Assembly: GCA_965203905.1 (NCBI GenBank)
Contig: CBDBDQ010000005.1
Coordinates: forward strand, 4,192,001 to 4,256,000
Direction: 5' to 3'
From: Spirochaetia bacterium
GTDB lineage: Bacteria > Spirochaetota > Spirochaetia > SZUA-6 > Bin103
DNA length: 64,000 bases
Below, one piece after another: positions 63,411-64,000 of the stretch. The position numbers were made by a program, and so were the translations under genes. The notes under the pieces are model-generated. The model was not told the DNA's origin, ran no database searches, and worked only from the letters and a program-made list of their open reading frames with translations. The first letter of the stretch is position 1, and each line of letters starts with the position of its first letter.

Positions 63411-64000
63411 ATGAACCAGTCCAAACCCCGGCCCTTCCTGCTCGACCTGGTGCGGCGGCTGGCGGCGGAGCGGCCGCTGGGGGCGGCGAGCGCGGTGGTC
63501 GTCCTGCTGCTGGTGGTGATCGCCATCTTCGCCGACCTCCTGGCACCCTTTCCGTTCGCCGAGATGCACCTGATCGACCGGCTCAGCGGCCCGTCGGCCA
63601 CCTACCTGCCGGGCACGGACCAGCTCGGCCGCGACGTGTTGAGCCGGCTGGTGTACGGCGCCCGCACCTCGCTCGGGGTGGGCTTTGCCGCCACCATACT
63701 GAGCACACTGGTGGCGCTGCTGGTGGGCGGCGTGGCCGGCTTCGTGGGCGGCAAGCTGGACATGTTGCTGCAGCGCGGCGTCGACGCCTGGATGTCGTTC
63801 CCCGGCCTGTTGCTGCTGCTGACCATCATGACCGTGGTGGGGCAGGGCATCCCGCAGATCATCGTGGTGCTCGGGGTGACCTCCGGCATCGGCAACTCGC
63901 GGGTGATCCGCAGCGCGGTGATCGGCATCAAGGAGAACGCCTACTTCGAGAGCGCGCGCGCCATCGGCGGCACCGCGTGGCACACGCTGCGGCGCCACGT
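63411..64000 (+). CDS. ABC permease (DppC-like), 3' partial
   Basis: MNQSKPRPFLLDLVRRL...GTDQLGRDV; runs off the window. Confidence 0.85.
   Translation, partial: MNQSKPRPFLLDLVRRLAAERPLGAASAVVVLLLVVIAIFADLLAPFPFAEMHLIDRLSGPSATYLPGTDQLGRDVLSRLVYGARTSLGVGFAATILSTLVALLVGGVAGFVGGKLDMLLQRGVDAWMSFPGLLLLLTIMTVVGQGIPQIIVVLGVTSGIGNSRVIRSAVIGIKENAYFESARAIGGTAWHTLRRH

Larger units (their letters stand above)
62194..64000 (+). repeat. Direct-repeat copy of 52997 to about 54830 (SBP 3' end, permease 1, permease 2), offset 9197 bp
   Basis: Near-identical from GGCTAT.ACGGGGAGAT through permease 1; more diverged in permease 2. Confidence 0.9.

Overview
High-GC bacterial chromosomal window. Gene content (stand-alone groES, sigma54-type promoter ahead of a short sigma-70-family factor, 'LWAAGAEE'-type substrate-binding-protein signals, AAA/PD-(D/E)XK and large HNH genes) suggests a Spirochaetaceae-like organism; this is inference. 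Core genes: a lysine-riboswitch-led asd-lysC-lysA-dapF-dapL operon, JAB-DinG helicase, groES, RpoS/SigA-like sigma factor, ppdK, UvrD/Rep helicase, pstCAB-phoU, amtB, tRNA-Val, and a PhyH/iolD/two-transaldolase/sulfatase cluster. Accessory parts: an AAA-ATPase plus truncated HNH pair; a decayed lower-GC island (about 18.7-23.1 kb) with a distorted tRNA-Arg-like gene, Zn-ribbon ORF, HsdR_N-type nuclease and IS relics; and a 43-64 kb array of family-5 ABC transporter cassettes without ATPases, showing duplications, junctions and toxin-antitoxin remnants. Most notable: three different SBP operons are each preceded by a homologous unannotated leader carrying a TTGAC promoter motif and a short 'MKRxDxSxR' ORF, with a poly-C tract in two copies and a conserved hairpin block in two. 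No CRISPR array or rRNA was seen.
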